Part shown: one piece after another, positions 1-10,251 of the stretch
Layout of the letters: each line of letters begins with the position of its first letter
How positions within the stretch are numbered: the stretch's first letter is position 1
NCBI GenBank assembly: GCA_041937175.2
Contig: CP166615.1
Span: 1,792,001-1,856,000, forward strand
Direction of reading: 5' to 3'
Source of the DNA: Limnothrix sp. BL-A-16
GTDB lineage: Bacteria > Cyanobacteriota > Cyanobacteriia > CACIAM-69d
DNA length: 64,000 nt
Position numbers and translations under genes: made by a program
Notes under the pieces: model-generated
The model's input: only the letters and a program-made list of their open reading frames with translations
The model's database searches: none
What the model was told of the DNA's origin: nothing

Positions 1-887
1 TGCTAACGGCGGTGGTGGCTGATAGCTTGACCCGGACAGAACACAAGTCTGATAAGGAATTGATTGGCCAAGGTATTGGCAACATTGTTTCTGGCCTATG
101 CGGTGGTTTACCCGGCGCAGGGGCAACGATGGGCACGGTGGTGAACATCCAAACCGGGGCAACCACGGCGGTCTCAGGCCTGACAAGGGCCCTGGTGCTG
201 TTGGTGGTTGTGCTGGGGGCGGCTCGCTTCACGGAACCGGTACCAATGGCGGTGCTGGCAGGGATTGCCCTGAAAGTGGGGATCGACATTTTGGACTGGA
301 GCTTCCTGAAGCGATCGCACGTGGTGTCCGTCAGAGGCTCGCTGATTATGTACGGCGTGCTGCTGCTGACCGTGTTTGTGGATCTGATTGTGGCTGTGGG
401 CGTGGGTGTGTTTATCGCCAACATCTTGACGATCGAACGCCTGAGCGAACTGCAATCACAAGAGGTGAAGTTAATCACAGACACCGATGATGATGTGCGC
501 CTAACGGACGAGCAAAAGCGGTTGTTGGATCGGGGACAGGGCCGAGTTCTGCTGTTCTATCTCAGTGGGCCGATGATCTTTGGTTTATCCAAAGCGATCG
601 CTCGGGAGCATAACGCCATGCATGAGGGAGATGCATTGGTGATGGATCTCAGCGATGTGCCTTTGCTGGGGGTAACGGCTTCCTTGGCGATCGAGAATGC
701 AATCCGCGATGCCCATGATCGAGGTTTGCAGATCTATATCGTCGGAGCCAGCGAGAAGATCCAGCGTCGTTTGCAACGGTTGGGGCTGATGGATCTGGTC
801 TTGGCGGAACATCTGATCGACGATCGGACCGCGGCCCTCAAAGCTGCCGTTGCCTCAGTTCAAAGCCCCGAGCCGACTTTAGCCTAA
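1..887 (+). CDS. bicA: SulP/SLC26 bicarbonate transporter BicA, C-terminal part with STAS domain (5' end outside the window)
   Basis: Translation has the SulP motif ELIGQGIGN..GGLPGAGATMGT, TM helices and a C-terminal STAS (LSGPMIFG..DLSDVPLLGVT). It is followed by an nhaS3-like gene, as in cyanobacterial bicA operons. Confidence 0.85.
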   Translation, partial: LTAVVADSLTRTEHKSDKELIGQGIGNIVSGLCGGLPGAGATMGTVVNIQTGATTAVSGLTRALVLLVVVLGAARFTEPVPMAVLAGIALKVGIDILDWSFLKRSHVVSVRGSLIMYGVLLLTVFVDLIVAVGVGVFIANILTIERLSELQSQEVKLITDTDDDVRLTDEQKRLLDRGQGRVLLFYLSGPMIFGLSKAIAREHNAMHEGDALVMDLSDVPLLGVTASLAIENAIRDAHDRGLQIYIVGASEKIQRRLQRLGLMDLVLAEHLIDDRTAALKAAVASVQSPEPTLA

Positions 888-1056
888 GTTTGGCCGGAAT
901 CGTTAGGCTAGGAAAAACAGCGATTCCTCGCTCTCCCCCTGCTTTTCCAGCCCACTCAGTCCCTATGAGCCGTTCATGATTCGTGGGCAGGCCCACCACC
1001 TGCCCACCCTTAGCTCCCAGTTGGAGTGATTGTTCTTAAACTTCGCAACCAAATCC

Positions 1057-2466
1057 ATGTTCTTACAGGAAACCCTGGCGGCTTTCATCACGCGGATGGA
1101 TGGCATCGCTCCAAGCAATTTTGTTCCCTTGTTTGGGCCCCTGCTGGCCACCGCCGAAGCTGAAAACTCCCCGATCGTTTTGGCTGGCGTGCTGTTGTCT
1201 TTGGTGATCATTTATTTGTCCAGCAAGCTTGGCTCAGAAGTGGCCAAGCGATTGGACTTTCCGCCCGTTTTGGGCGAACTGGTTGCCGGGGTGATCGTTG
1301 GGGTGTCGGCACTGCACCTGATCGTGTTCCCGGAAGGGGGCTTGACGGCCAATGACTCGATCGTGATGCAGGCCCTCAGCCTGATTAACACCCTCACGCC
1401 CGAAGCCGTCACGGATATCTTTAGCTCCCAAAGCGAAGTCATTTCCGTGCTGGCGGAATTGGGCGTGATTGTATTGCTGTTTGAAATCGGCCTGGAATCC
1501 GACCTGCGGCAACTCAAAGAAGTGGGCATTCAGGCCACTGTTGTAGCCTGCGTTGGAGTTGTTGTTCCCTTTGTTGCGGGCACTGCGGGGCTGATGACTA
1601 TTTTTGGTGTGCCCGCCATTCCCGCCATCTTTGCGGGTGCTGCCCTCACCGCCACCAGCATCGGGATTACCTCCAAAGTCCTGTCGGAGTTGAACCAGCT
1701 CAAATCCAAGGAAGGACAAATTATCGTCGGCGCGGCGGTGATTGATGACGTGCTGGGAATCGTGGTTTTGGCCGTGGTGGCCAGCCTGGCCAAGACCGGC
1801 GAAATTGACACCGGCAACGTGATCTATTTGATTGTTAGCTCCACGGTGTTTCTGTTTGGTTCCATTTTCCTGGGCGGTGTATTTAACAAGTTTTTTGTGA
1901 AGACCGTCGAAACGCTGAAAACACGCGGCAACATCGTGATTCCGGCCTTTATTTTTGCCTTCTTCATGGCATTTTTAGGCAACGCAATTCATTTGGAAGC
2001 CATCTTGGGAGCCTTTGCTGCTGGGTTGGTGTTGGATGAAAGCGATGCCCGCAATGAGCTGGATGAATTGGTGAAGCCGATCGCGGATTTGCTGGTGCCC
2101 ATTTTCTTTGTGACGGTCGGGGCCCGCGCCGATTTGGGTGTTCTGAATCCGGCCGTTCCCGAAAACCGGGCCGGCCTGCTGATTGCCGTGTTCTTGGTGG
2201 CTGTGGCGATCGTGGGCAAGTTGGTGACCGGCTGGGCCGTGTTTGGGCAACCGGGCATTAACCGCCTGGCGATTGGGGTGGGCATGATTCCCCGGGGCGA
2301 AGTGGGTCTGGTGTTTGCGGGCATCGGTTCCGCCAGTGGTGTGTTGAGCAAGCCCCTGGAAGTGTCGATCATCATCATGGTGATCTTGACCACCTTCCTG
2401 GCTCCGCCGTTCTTGCGAGTGGCCTTTGGGCAGCAGGAATCGAGCACCAGCGAATCAACCCCCTAG
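1057..2466 (+). CDS. nhaS3: CPA2-family Na+/H+ antiporter (NhaS3-like)
   Basis: Multi-TM protein with LFEIGLESD, ATSIGIT, AAVIDDVLG and GMIPRGEVG motifs. Start is uncertain (1030 TTG or 1057 ATG). Confidence 0.85.
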   Translation: MFLQETLAAFITRMDGIAPSNFVPLFGPLLATAEAENSPIVLAGVLLSLVIIYLSSKLGSEVAKRLDFPPVLGELVAGVIVGVSALHLIVFPEGGLTANDSIVMQALSLINTLTPEAVTDIFSSQSEVISVLAELGVIVLLFEIGLESDLRQLKEVGIQATVVACVGVVVPFVAGTAGLMTIFGVPAIPAIFAGAALTATSIGITSKVLSELNQLKSKEGQIIVGAAVIDDVLGIVVLAVVASLAKTGEIDTGNVIYLIVSSTVFLFGSIFLGGVFNKFFVKTVETLKTRGNIVIPAFIFAFFMAFLGNAIHLEAILGAFAAGLVLDESDARNELDELVKPIADLLVPIFFVTVGARADLGVLNPAVPENRAGLLIAVFLVAVAIVGKLVTGWAVFGQPGINRLAIGVGMIPRGEVGLVFAGIGSASGVLSKPLEVSIIIMVILTTFLAPPFLRVAFGQQESSTSESTP

Positions 2467-2723
2467 GGATTTTTTCAGCGATTCGCCCAGTTCTCGAAAT
2501 TCTCTAAGCAACAATTGCCACTGATCACCATCGATTGCAATTGATTGCTCATCATCAAACTGGATCACCGTCGGGGGCCTTGGCTCCCGATTTTTTTTGC
2601 TTGGCCTTGGCTTTTCTGTTGGCTTTTGGGATCGATGATTGGGGCGATCGGGCGTTGGGCAATCCCTCACTTTTTCCAAAATCTGGTAGATTCAGGCAGT
2701 CGAACAATGAGTCCTAAGCCGTT

Positions 2724-3461
2724 ATGACCTATTGCCTTGGCATTGTTACCCAGGAAGGATTGGTGATGGCCGCCGATTCGCGCACCAATGCCGGTGTTGA
2801 TAATGTTTCCACTTATAAAAAGTTATTTGACTTTTCTTTGCCAGGCGATCGGGTGGTTGTTGTTTGCACCTCCGGGAATTTATCTCTCACCCAATCGGTT
2901 ATTAGTCATCTTGAACAGGACTTAAAAAATCAAGCCAGCATCACGCTCCACTCCCTCACCAGCATGTATGACCTAGCCCATTATGTGGGTCAAACCCTCC
3001 GCAAAATTCACCAGGAACATTCTGAGTGGCTGCGGAAAGACAATGTGGATTTTTCGGGAAATCTGCTCTTGGGGGGACAAATTCGCGATGAAGGCCCCCA
3101 GCTATTTTTGATTTATAACCAAGGCAATTTTATCCATGCCACGGTAGAAACCCCATTCCTGCAAATTGGGGAAACTAAGTATGGAAAGCCCATTCTCGAT
3201 CGCACCGTCAGCTTCAACACGCCCCTCAACTCCGCGGCCAAGTGTGCCTTGCTTTCCCTAGACTCCACCATGAAGTCCAATATTTCCGTTGGCCCCCCGA
3301 TCAACATGGTGATGTATCGCAAAGACTCCTTTGAAATTCGCCATCGGCTGCGGCTACCGGCGGGCGATCCCTACCTGACCAAAGTGGGGCAAGAATGGGC
3401 TGCTTCTTTGCGCAAGGCCTTTGATCAAATGCCCGATTTAGAGTGGGAACATACCAACTAA
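2724..3461 (+). CDS. Proteasome-type protease (Anbu, Ntn-hydrolase)
   Basis: N-terminus MTYCLGI..AADSRTNAGVD (catalytic Thr after Met removal); QIGETKYGKPILDR and SNISVGPP motifs. Confidence 0.9.
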   Translation: MTYCLGIVTQEGLVMAADSRTNAGVDNVSTYKKLFDFSLPGDRVVVVCTSGNLSLTQSVISHLEQDLKNQASITLHSLTSMYDLAHYVGQTLRKIHQEHSEWLRKDNVDFSGNLLLGGQIRDEGPQLFLIYNQGNFIHATVETPFLQIGETKYGKPILDRTVSFNTPLNSAAKCALLSLDSTMKSNISVGPPINMVMYRKDSFEIRHRLRLPAGDPYLTKVGQEWAASLRKAFDQMPDLEWEHTN

Positions 3462-3502
3462 CCCAACTCATCACAACTCATTCTCATCACAAATCATCGA
3501 AG

Positions 3503-3579
3503 ACAAGGGGCTTAAGCCCCTTGTTACCACGACTGGCTCCGCAACTTTGACCCAATGTATTAAGCCTGTCGTGCTACTA
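3503..3579 (-). repeat. Half copy of miniature inverted-repeat element family A, ending at the 22-bp palindromic core
   Basis: The reverse complement matches the left half of 38901-39046 and 14470-14534. Core ACAAGGGGCTTAAGCCCCTTGT at 3503-3524. Confidence 0.85.
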
Positions 3580-3586
3580 GGTAAAG

Positions 3587-4198
3587 TTAAGCGCTGGGAA
3601 ATTGGTTGCGAATCACCACCTCTGAAAGGGGCAATTGGCCACCCCGTTCCCGCGCCGGTTGCACGGCCTTGCCTACCGTAATCATCATGCCAATTAGATG
3701 ATCGGCCGGGAGCTGAATAATGTCAGCAACCGCCTGGGGATCAAAACCAATCATCGGACAGGTATCGTAGCCCATGGCTTTGGCAGCCAACATCAAGGTT
3801 TGGGCCGCAATTCCACAGGATCGCATCGCTTCATCCCGTTGCAGGGCCTCGCTTCCCTCATAGAACTGAATAATCATCGGCACCAGTTGTTGGCGCACCG
3901 CTTCGGGGGCATTTTGCCAATAGCGTTCCGGTTGCTGTTGCCAAGCATTCAAATTTCCACACAACAACACCAACAGGGACGCATCGGTCACTTGGGCTTG
4001 ATTCCAAGAGGCGGCCCGAATTTGTTGGCGCAATTCGGGATCATCCACAATCACAAATCGCCAATTTTGAATATTGAACGATGTGGGCGAGAGCAACACA
4101 TGCTCCATCAGGGTCTGAATTTCCGCTTCAGACATTTGATGATTGGGGTCGTAATGCTTGACGGCGCGACGTTGCTGAATAGCGGTCAGGGTATCCAT
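3587..4198 (-). CDS. Nitroreductase family protein
   Basis: RRAVKHY, SPTSFNIQNWRF and GYDTCPMIGFD motifs. Confidence 0.9.
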   Translation of the reverse strand: MDTLTAIQQRRAVKHYDPNHQMSEAEIQTLMEHVLLSPTSFNIQNWRFVIVDDPELRQQIRAASWNQAQVTDASLLVLLCGNLNAWQQQPERYWQNAPEAVRQQLVPMIIQFYEGSEALQRDEAMRSCGIAAQTLMLAAKAMGYDTCPMIGFDPQAVADIIQLPADHLIGMMITVGKAVQPARERGGQLPLSEVVIRNQFPSA

Positions 4199-4398
4199 AA
4201 GCTGTCCTGAATGGGGTGAATCGACTCAATTGAAGGGAAAGCTGCGGGTCGCCAAGGCCATGGGCCGCCTCCTAGCGACTTTGGCCCAAGCTCAGGGTGG
4301 GGAAATCAAATCGGGGAACGAAACCGACGAAAATTTCTCCTCACCCTGCGTTAAGTTTAGTAACATTGCCCGCAACTGCGACGAAGAGGAGAAACACC

Positions 4399-4866
4399 GT
4401 GAATCTGATTCCTGAAGACATTAAGCCCTATCTGAATTTATTTCACCCGATTTTGATGTGGGTGTTGTTGGGTCTGACGGTTTATGCGCTGTATTTGGGA
4501 GTCCAGGCCCGTCGGACTCGGACGGCGGAGGCGGAGGTGCGCAAGGAGTTGATTAAGGGGAAGTTTGCCAATCGTCACTACCAAATCGGCTCGTTGATTT
4601 TGGCGCTGATGGTGTTGGGGACGATCGGGGGGATGGCGGCAACCTATATCAATAACAACAAGCTGTTTGTGGGGCCGCACCTGTTGGCGGGCTTGGGGAT
4701 GACGGGGCTGATTGCTGTGTCGGCGGCCCTTTCGCCGTTGATGCAAAAGGGTCAAGATTGGGCCCGCTATGCCCACATTGGTTTGAATGTGGCCATTGTG
4801 GGACTGTTTGGCTGGCAGGCGGTTTCAGGAATGGATATCTTCCAGCGCATTTTGCAGAATTTTTAG
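4399..4866 (+). CDS. DUF4079-family membrane protein
   Basis: HPILMW, RHYQIG, LFVGPHLLAGL and ARYAHI His-containing TM pattern. GTG start at 4399 follows an AGAGGAG RBS. Confidence 0.75.
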   Translation: MNLIPEDIKPYLNLFHPILMWVLLGLTVYALYLGVQARRTRTAEAEVRKELIKGKFANRHYQIGSLILALMVLGTIGGMAATYINNNKLFVGPHLLAGLGMTGLIAVSAALSPLMQKGQDWARYAHIGLNVAIVGLFGWQAVSGMDIFQRILQNF

Positions 4867-4928
4867 GTGCGGGTTGCTGACGGAAGACAGAGTGCCGTTG
4901 ATGAACCCTATGGATCCTGTGTAGGCGG

Positions 4929-4953
4929 CCGGTGCGATCGCGCCGGTTTTTTT
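4929..4953 (+). terminator. Intrinsic terminator with HIP1-centred hairpin
   Basis: CCGGTGC-GATC-GCGCCGG followed by a T7 run, about 60 bp after the stop at 4866. Confidence 0.7.
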
Positions 4954-5158
4954 GGGCCCCGGCTCCGGGGCCGATCGAGACCGGGTGGCCACCAATTTGG
5001 AGGCCGGCTCCCCCCTGCCCGTCCGGGCGATCGCAACGTTACCATGGCCAAATTGGGCCCAAACTTGCGCCACCTGCGTTGAAGGGCGTTTAAGGGCGAT
5101 CGCCTCGCCCGGGGCCGCAGCACCTTCATCCGTTGTTAATACAGCATCGATATCAACC

Positions 5159-7270
5159 ATGCCACAAACGTTTTATGTGAACCCGACCAGCGGTAATGAC
5201 AGCGCTGATGGATCCCAGGGTGCGCCGCTGAAGACCATTGCGGCGGCCCTGCGCAAAACCCAAGCGGGCGATCGGGTGCAATTGGCTGCGGGAACTTACA
5301 GCAGTACCAGCGGCGAAGAATTTCCGCTGACGGTTCCTTCGGGGGTGACCGTGGTGGGCAACGAAGGCACGAAGGGCAGCGGCATTCTGGTGCGGGGCAG
5401 TGGTCGCTATGTTAGCCCCACCTTTGCGGGTCAAAATGTCCTTTTTTTGTTAACGGACGATGCCCATCTGCGGGGGGTGACGGCGACTAATCCGGAAACG
5501 CGGGGAACGGCGGCTTGGGTGGAGTCGGCTCGCCCCACAATCGCCAACAACACGTTTGTGAACTCCAACCGAGAAGGGGTGTTCGTCAGCGGCTCCAGTG
5601 TGCCCCTGGTGGAAGGAAATTTGTTTGAAACCAACTCCGGTAATGGCTTGTCGATCGACCGGAACTCCAGCGGCACAATTCGCGGCAACACCTTCCGAAA
5701 TACGGGATTTGGGATTGCGGTGGGGGGCAATGCCAGCCCCACCATTAGCGGCAATGTGATTACGGGGAACCGTAGCGGCGTGGTGGCTTCCCAAACGGCC
5801 CGCCCCATTTTGCGCAACAACACGATCGAGAACAATCGAGATGACGGCCTGACGGTGATCAATCAGGCCTTGCCGGACTTGGGCAGCGCCGGACAGCCGG
5901 GGAATAATGTGTTTCGGGCGAATGGCAAGTACGACATTCAGAACGCCACCACGAATACGATCATGGCCGTTGGGAACCAGATTGGAACGGTGTTGGGGGC
6001 TGTGTCCTCGTCCGGTTCGGTGTCGCCATCGCCCACGCCTGTGCCAATTCCGTCTCCCGACCCCACGCCCACGCCCACGCCCACCCCGATTCCCGTGCCC
6101 ACCCCGATCGATGACTTGAAGGGCCACTGGGCAGAGGCGTTTATTCGGGCTTTGATCAGCCAGGGAGTGGTGAAGGGGTTTGAAGATGGCTCTTTTCGGC
6201 CCAATAACAAGTTGACGCGGGCGGAATATGCGGCGCTGGTGGTGAAGGCGTTCGATCGCCCCCTGGTCAAACCTCCCATTGGTTTTAGTGATGTGCCAGC
6301 GGGTTTTTGGGCGATCGGGGCGATCGCCAAGGCCAGCCAAATGGGCTTCATTTCCGGTTTCCCCGATAACAGCTTTCGCCCGGGCCAGAACTTGACCCGT
6401 ACCCAAGCCCTGTTGTCGATTACCAATGGATTGGGCCTCTCGGGTGGATCGCTGAATCTGTTGGGGAATTTTGCCGATCGCGCGCAGATCCCCAGCTACG
6501 CCACCAACCCGATCGCGACGGCCACCGCCAATCGCTTGGTGGTGAATTATCCCCAACTGAACGCCCTGCGCCCCCTGGAAGACATCACCCGCGCTGAAGT
6601 GGCCGCCTTGATCTATCAAGCACGGGTGTTGCTGAACCAAGCGCCGGCCCTCACATCGCCCTACATTGTGCAGCCCGATACCAAGCTGCCGGCCTTTACG
6701 GACACGCGCAACCACTGGGCAGAACCGTTCATCGAGGCCTTGGCCAATCGGGGGCTAATCGGGGGCTTCCCCGATGGATCCTTCCGGCCCGATGCCACCA
6801 TGACCCGTGCTCAGTTTGCCAGCGCGATCGCCAAGGTCTTTAATCCACCGGCCGAGCGACCGGGCAAAACGTTTACGGACGTGAGTTCCAGTTTCTGGGG
6901 CAATGCGGCGATCCAGCAGGCCTACCGGGCGGGCTTCATGTCTGGCACGTCGGAAACCACCTTCAGCCCCGATGCCACCTTGCAAAAGGTGCAAATTGCC
7001 GTGGCCCTGGCCAGTGGCTTGGATTGGCCGGACGGCACGGAGGCGGATTTGGCTTCCTTAAGCGATCGAGAAGCGGTGGCCAAGTGGGCCCGGCCCAAGG
7101 TGGCTGCCGTTTTGAAGCGCAAGGCGTTGGTCAGTTACCCCAGTGCCAATACCTTTGCCCCCGAGCGGTTTGCAACGCGGGCGGAGGTGGCGGCCATGTT
7201 GTATCAGGCCCTGCGCGATCGGGATGGATCTTTAACGGCCATTAATTCTCCCTACGTTCTTTCGGCTTAG
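5159..7270 (+). CDS. DUF1565 (right-handed beta-helix) protein with Pro/Thr linker and two triple-SLH modules
   Basis: FYVNPTSGND..PLKTI..LAAGTYS..GEEFPL; parallel beta-helix repeats; PTPTPTP linker; SLH motifs HWA..GFEDGSFRP..TRAE. Confidence 0.85.
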   Translation: MPQTFYVNPTSGNDSADGSQGAPLKTIAAALRKTQAGDRVQLAAGTYSSTSGEEFPLTVPSGVTVVGNEGTKGSGILVRGSGRYVSPTFAGQNVLFLLTDDAHLRGVTATNPETRGTAAWVESARPTIANNTFVNSNREGVFVSGSSVPLVEGNLFETNSGNGLSIDRNSSGTIRGNTFRNTGFGIAVGGNASPTISGNVITGNRSGVVASQTARPILRNNTIENNRDDGLTVINQALPDLGSAGQPGNNVFRANGKYDIQNATTNTIMAVGNQIGTVLGAVSSSGSVSPSPTPVPIPSPDPTPTPTPTPIPVPTPIDDLKGHWAEAFIRALISQGVVKGFEDGSFRPNNKLTRAEYAALVVKAFDRPLVKPPIGFSDVPAGFWAIGAIAKASQMGFISGFPDNSFRPGQNLTRTQALLSITNGLGLSGGSLNLLGNFADRAQIPSYATNPIATATANRLVVNYPQLNALRPLEDITRAEVAALIYQARVLLNQAPALTSPYIVQPDTKLPAFTDTRNHWAEPFIEALANRGLIGGFPDGSFRPDATMTRAQFASAIAKVFNPPAERPGKTFTDVSSSFWGNAAIQQAYRAGFMSGTSETTFSPDATLQKVQIAVALASGLDWPDGTEADLASLSDREAVAKWARPKVAAVLKRKALVSYPSANTFAPERFATRAEVAAMLYQALRDRDGSLTAINSPYVLSA

Positions 7271-7387
7271 GCCGATCGGGGGGGAGGGGAAGGGATCCTC
7301 GATCCCCCCCGCAACGCCGCAGCCCAGAAATCCCGTTCAGAAATCCAGTTCAGAAATCCAGCCCAACAATCCAGCAAAGCAACGTCG

Positions 7388-10177
7388 GTGAATCCTGCCA
7401 TGACTCGGGACTATGACCTGATTGGTTACGGTGATGAAGTGCCAGGGGTTCTGGCCCTGGTGGCGGCGGCCCGAGAATATCGGGCCCGATCGGGCGGTCA
7501 GCAACTCAAAACCCTGCTGCTCACGGCCGGTGACACCAGCTATGGCGTGGGTGGCCACCTGATCCGGGGGCAACTGTGCTACCTAGACCGCACCCATTTG
7601 GCCCCCAAGCTCCGGGAACAATACGGCATGGGTCTCTATGGCGATCCCGCCAGCCTCTATCAGGAGTTCTTGCAGCGATCGGGCGTGGTGGAAGTGGGCC
7701 TCGATTGGCGCAAGGGCGATCGGGCCCTGCGGGAAATGCTGCTGGAAGCGGGCGTGGATATTGTTGATCAGGCAAAAATCGCCCGCGTCCAAAAAACGGG
7801 CGATCGGCTCCTGTCCATCACCACCGATGACGGCGATACCTTCCAAGCCAAGCAGTTCATCGATTCCACCGTGAATGCGGGTCTCTTGCAAAGGGCCCGA
7901 GGCCTCACCGTCCGAGGCTTTGGCACCTTGGGGCTACCGGAGTCGGCCCTGCCGGTTTCGCTGGTTTTCGAGACCCAGGGCCTCACCGTAGACTTCCTGC
8001 GCCGGGCCGAAGCGGGTTGGATTCAACGATTCTGTAATCCCAAGGATGCCGAAGCCCAAAAATATCTCTCGATCGCAGCCGGTGGTGATCCCAAGCGCGT
8101 GCAGTGGTTCATCTCCCGAATGCAGGATAGTGCCGGCCGACCAATGACCATGGTGGTTGGCCCCGACTACATCGATGTGCGCTGCCATGTGTTATCGGTG
8201 CTCTATCACGCCTATCGCGGGACTGCCTGGAATTTGGAGCAAACCAAATTTGTCCTCGACTCACCGAACATTGCTGTGTTGCCGGGCGGGCGCATGTCCT
8301 GGAACGCGCTGCTTTGTTTTGTGACCGCCAGCGAAGCGGAAGCCTTGGCCCAAAATGCCGGTCTGCCCACCGCCCGGATGCAGCAGGAGGTGGATCACGT
8401 GAGTCGGTGGCTCAAGAGCTTTGGGCAACAAATCACCGTGACCCCGGCCCATGAACTATACATCCGCTATGCGGGCAGCATGGTGGATCCGATTCACCCG
8501 TTTTCCGGGGCCCAAATGCTGGCGGGCGGTTTGCCCACCCGTGAGGCTCTGGGCACCTTCTGCTACAAGTTCGATGTGCGGGGCGGCATCCCTGGCCTGG
8601 GCAAAAAAGCACTGGCTAAAAATCACAAGAGTTTGCAATTTTTGGCGGAACCTGTACCGGTGTTTAACTACGGCATTCGCCACGCCATTTCCAAATCCGT
8701 GCCCAATGTGGCGGTGGTGAGTCCGGCTTCTGGTTATTTCGGCATTGCCCCGGCGGCCGGGCGGATTGTGGAGTTGAATGCGGGGGTGGGCCAAGGTCTG
8801 GGGATTGCGGCAGCGATCGCCATTCAAGGGGGGCGAAACCTGGCCGATGTAACCAACGTGGAAGTCAATCAGGTTTTGAAAACGCGGGGACAGTTGCCGA
8901 CCATCTACGGAATTGGGCAGGCCCTCTCCCAAAAGTTTGCAGACTTTGAAAAGGACATGTTTCCTGATCCGTTGCCGATTCCGCAGCCGGATCCGATCGA
9001 TGATCTGTCCGATCACTGGGCAAAGGAATTCATTCAGATCCTGCGCGATCGCAAAGTCATGGGGGGCTATGAAGACGGCTCCTTTCGCCCCAACAACACC
9101 ATCAGCCGGGCGGAGTTCTCGGCGGTGTTGGGCCGGGCGTTTGATTTACCCCTGCGGCGGGCGGAGCGATCGTTTGTGGATGTGCCCAGCAACCATTGGG
9201 CCCATGGGGCGGTACAAAAGGCTTGGCGCATGGGATTCTTAACGGGCTATCAGGGCGATCGCTTCTTGCCCAATGCGGAAATTCGGCGCGGCGATGCCAT
9301 GACCGCCCTGGTGAATGGTTTGGGGTTACCGGCGGGCGATCTGAAACTGCTGGGGCTATACCAAGACCGGGCCACCATTCCCAGCTACGCAACGGGGGCG
9401 ATCGCCACGGCCACGGAGCGGCGCATGGTGGTGAACTATCCTCAAAAACGCCAGATTCGGGCCCAAGATCCCCTCACTCGGGGAGAGTTGGCCACCCTGA
9501 TTCACCAGGCCCTGGCGGCGCGGGGGGCAGTTCCGCCGCTGAACTCCGAGCACATTGTGCAGCCGATCGACCCTAGCGCCCTGCCCCTGTTTGCGGATTT
9601 GGAAGGGCATTGGGCCCGGCATTTTGTGGAAGCCTTCGCGATCGAGGGTTGGATCAGCGGCTACAAAGACGGCAGCTTTCGCCCCAATGACCCCATGACC
9701 CGGGCCCAATTTGCCGTGCTGGTGACTGCCGCGATCAAACCCCTGGCCCGCCGATCCGCCAAGACATTTCGGGATGTGCCCCGAGGCCACTGGGCCGATC
9801 GCGCCATTGAGCAGGCCTATGCGGCCGAGTTTCTTTCGGGTATGGGGGCCGATCAATTCCAGCCCGATGGCCCCCTCAAGCGGCTGCAAGTGGCCGTGGC
9901 CTTGGTGAGCGGGTTGCAGTGGGCCGATGAAGCCGTAGCGGTGCTCGATAGTTTGAGCGATCGCGCTGCCATTCCCACTTGGGCCCAACCCAAGGTAGCC
10001 ACCGCCCTGCGTCGTCGGTTACTGGTGAATTATCCCGATCCCCAACGATTTGATCCCGATCGCACCGCAACCCGGGCGGAAGTCGTCGTCATGCTTTACC
10101 AAGCCCTGGTCGCCAGCGGCCGGCTCAAGCCCCTGAACTCCGACATGATCAGCCAACCTGCTCCCCTGCCCACTTGA
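7388..10177 (+). CDS. FAD-dependent oxidoreductase-like domain fused to two triple-SLH modules
   Basis: N-terminal YDLIGYGDEVPGVLA (variant dinucleotide-binding motif), AKQFIDST and GQGLGIAAA; C-terminal SLH repeats. Start is 7388 GTG or 7400 ATG. Confidence 0.75.
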   Translation: MNPAMTRDYDLIGYGDEVPGVLALVAAAREYRARSGGQQLKTLLLTAGDTSYGVGGHLIRGQLCYLDRTHLAPKLREQYGMGLYGDPASLYQEFLQRSGVVEVGLDWRKGDRALREMLLEAGVDIVDQAKIARVQKTGDRLLSITTDDGDTFQAKQFIDSTVNAGLLQRARGLTVRGFGTLGLPESALPVSLVFETQGLTVDFLRRAEAGWIQRFCNPKDAEAQKYLSIAAGGDPKRVQWFISRMQDSAGRPMTMVVGPDYIDVRCHVLSVLYHAYRGTAWNLEQTKFVLDSPNIAVLPGGRMSWNALLCFVTASEAEALAQNAGLPTARMQQEVDHVSRWLKSFGQQITVTPAHELYIRYAGSMVDPIHPFSGAQMLAGGLPTREALGTFCYKFDVRGGIPGLGKKALAKNHKSLQFLAEPVPVFNYGIRHAISKSVPNVAVVSPASGYFGIAPAAGRIVELNAGVGQGLGIAAAIAIQGGRNLADVTNVEVNQVLKTRGQLPTIYGIGQALSQKFADFEKDMFPDPLPIPQPDPIDDLSDHWAKEFIQILRDRKVMGGYEDGSFRPNNTISRAEFSAVLGRAFDLPLRRAERSFVDVPSNHWAHGAVQKAWRMGFLTGYQGDRFLPNAEIRRGDAMTALVNGLGLPAGDLKLLGLYQDRATIPSYATGAIATATERRMVVNYPQKRQIRAQDPLTRGELATLIHQALAARGAVPPLNSEHIVQPIDPSALPLFADLEGHWARHFVEAFAIEGWISGYKDGSFRPNDPMTRAQFAVLVTAAIKPLARRSAKTFRDVPRGHWADRAIEQAYAAEFLSGMGADQFQPDGPLKRLQVAVALVSGLQWADEAVAVLDSLSDRAAIPTWAQPKVATALRRRLLVNYPDPQRFDPDRTATRAEVVVMLYQALVASGRLKPLNSDMISQPAPLPT

Positions 10178-10251
10178 GATCTCATCGGCTCCCCCTTGGC
10201 AATTGGGGTGATTTTGGCAACATAGGGGTGCAAACCCGATCAAAATTCCCC

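Noticed and set aside
6030..6105. CCCACG hexamer repeats
   Set aside because: They encode an ordinary Pro-Thr linker.
5450..6715. 421-aa minus-strand ORF
   Set aside because: Antisense shadow of the DUF1565-SLH gene with no recognisable motifs.
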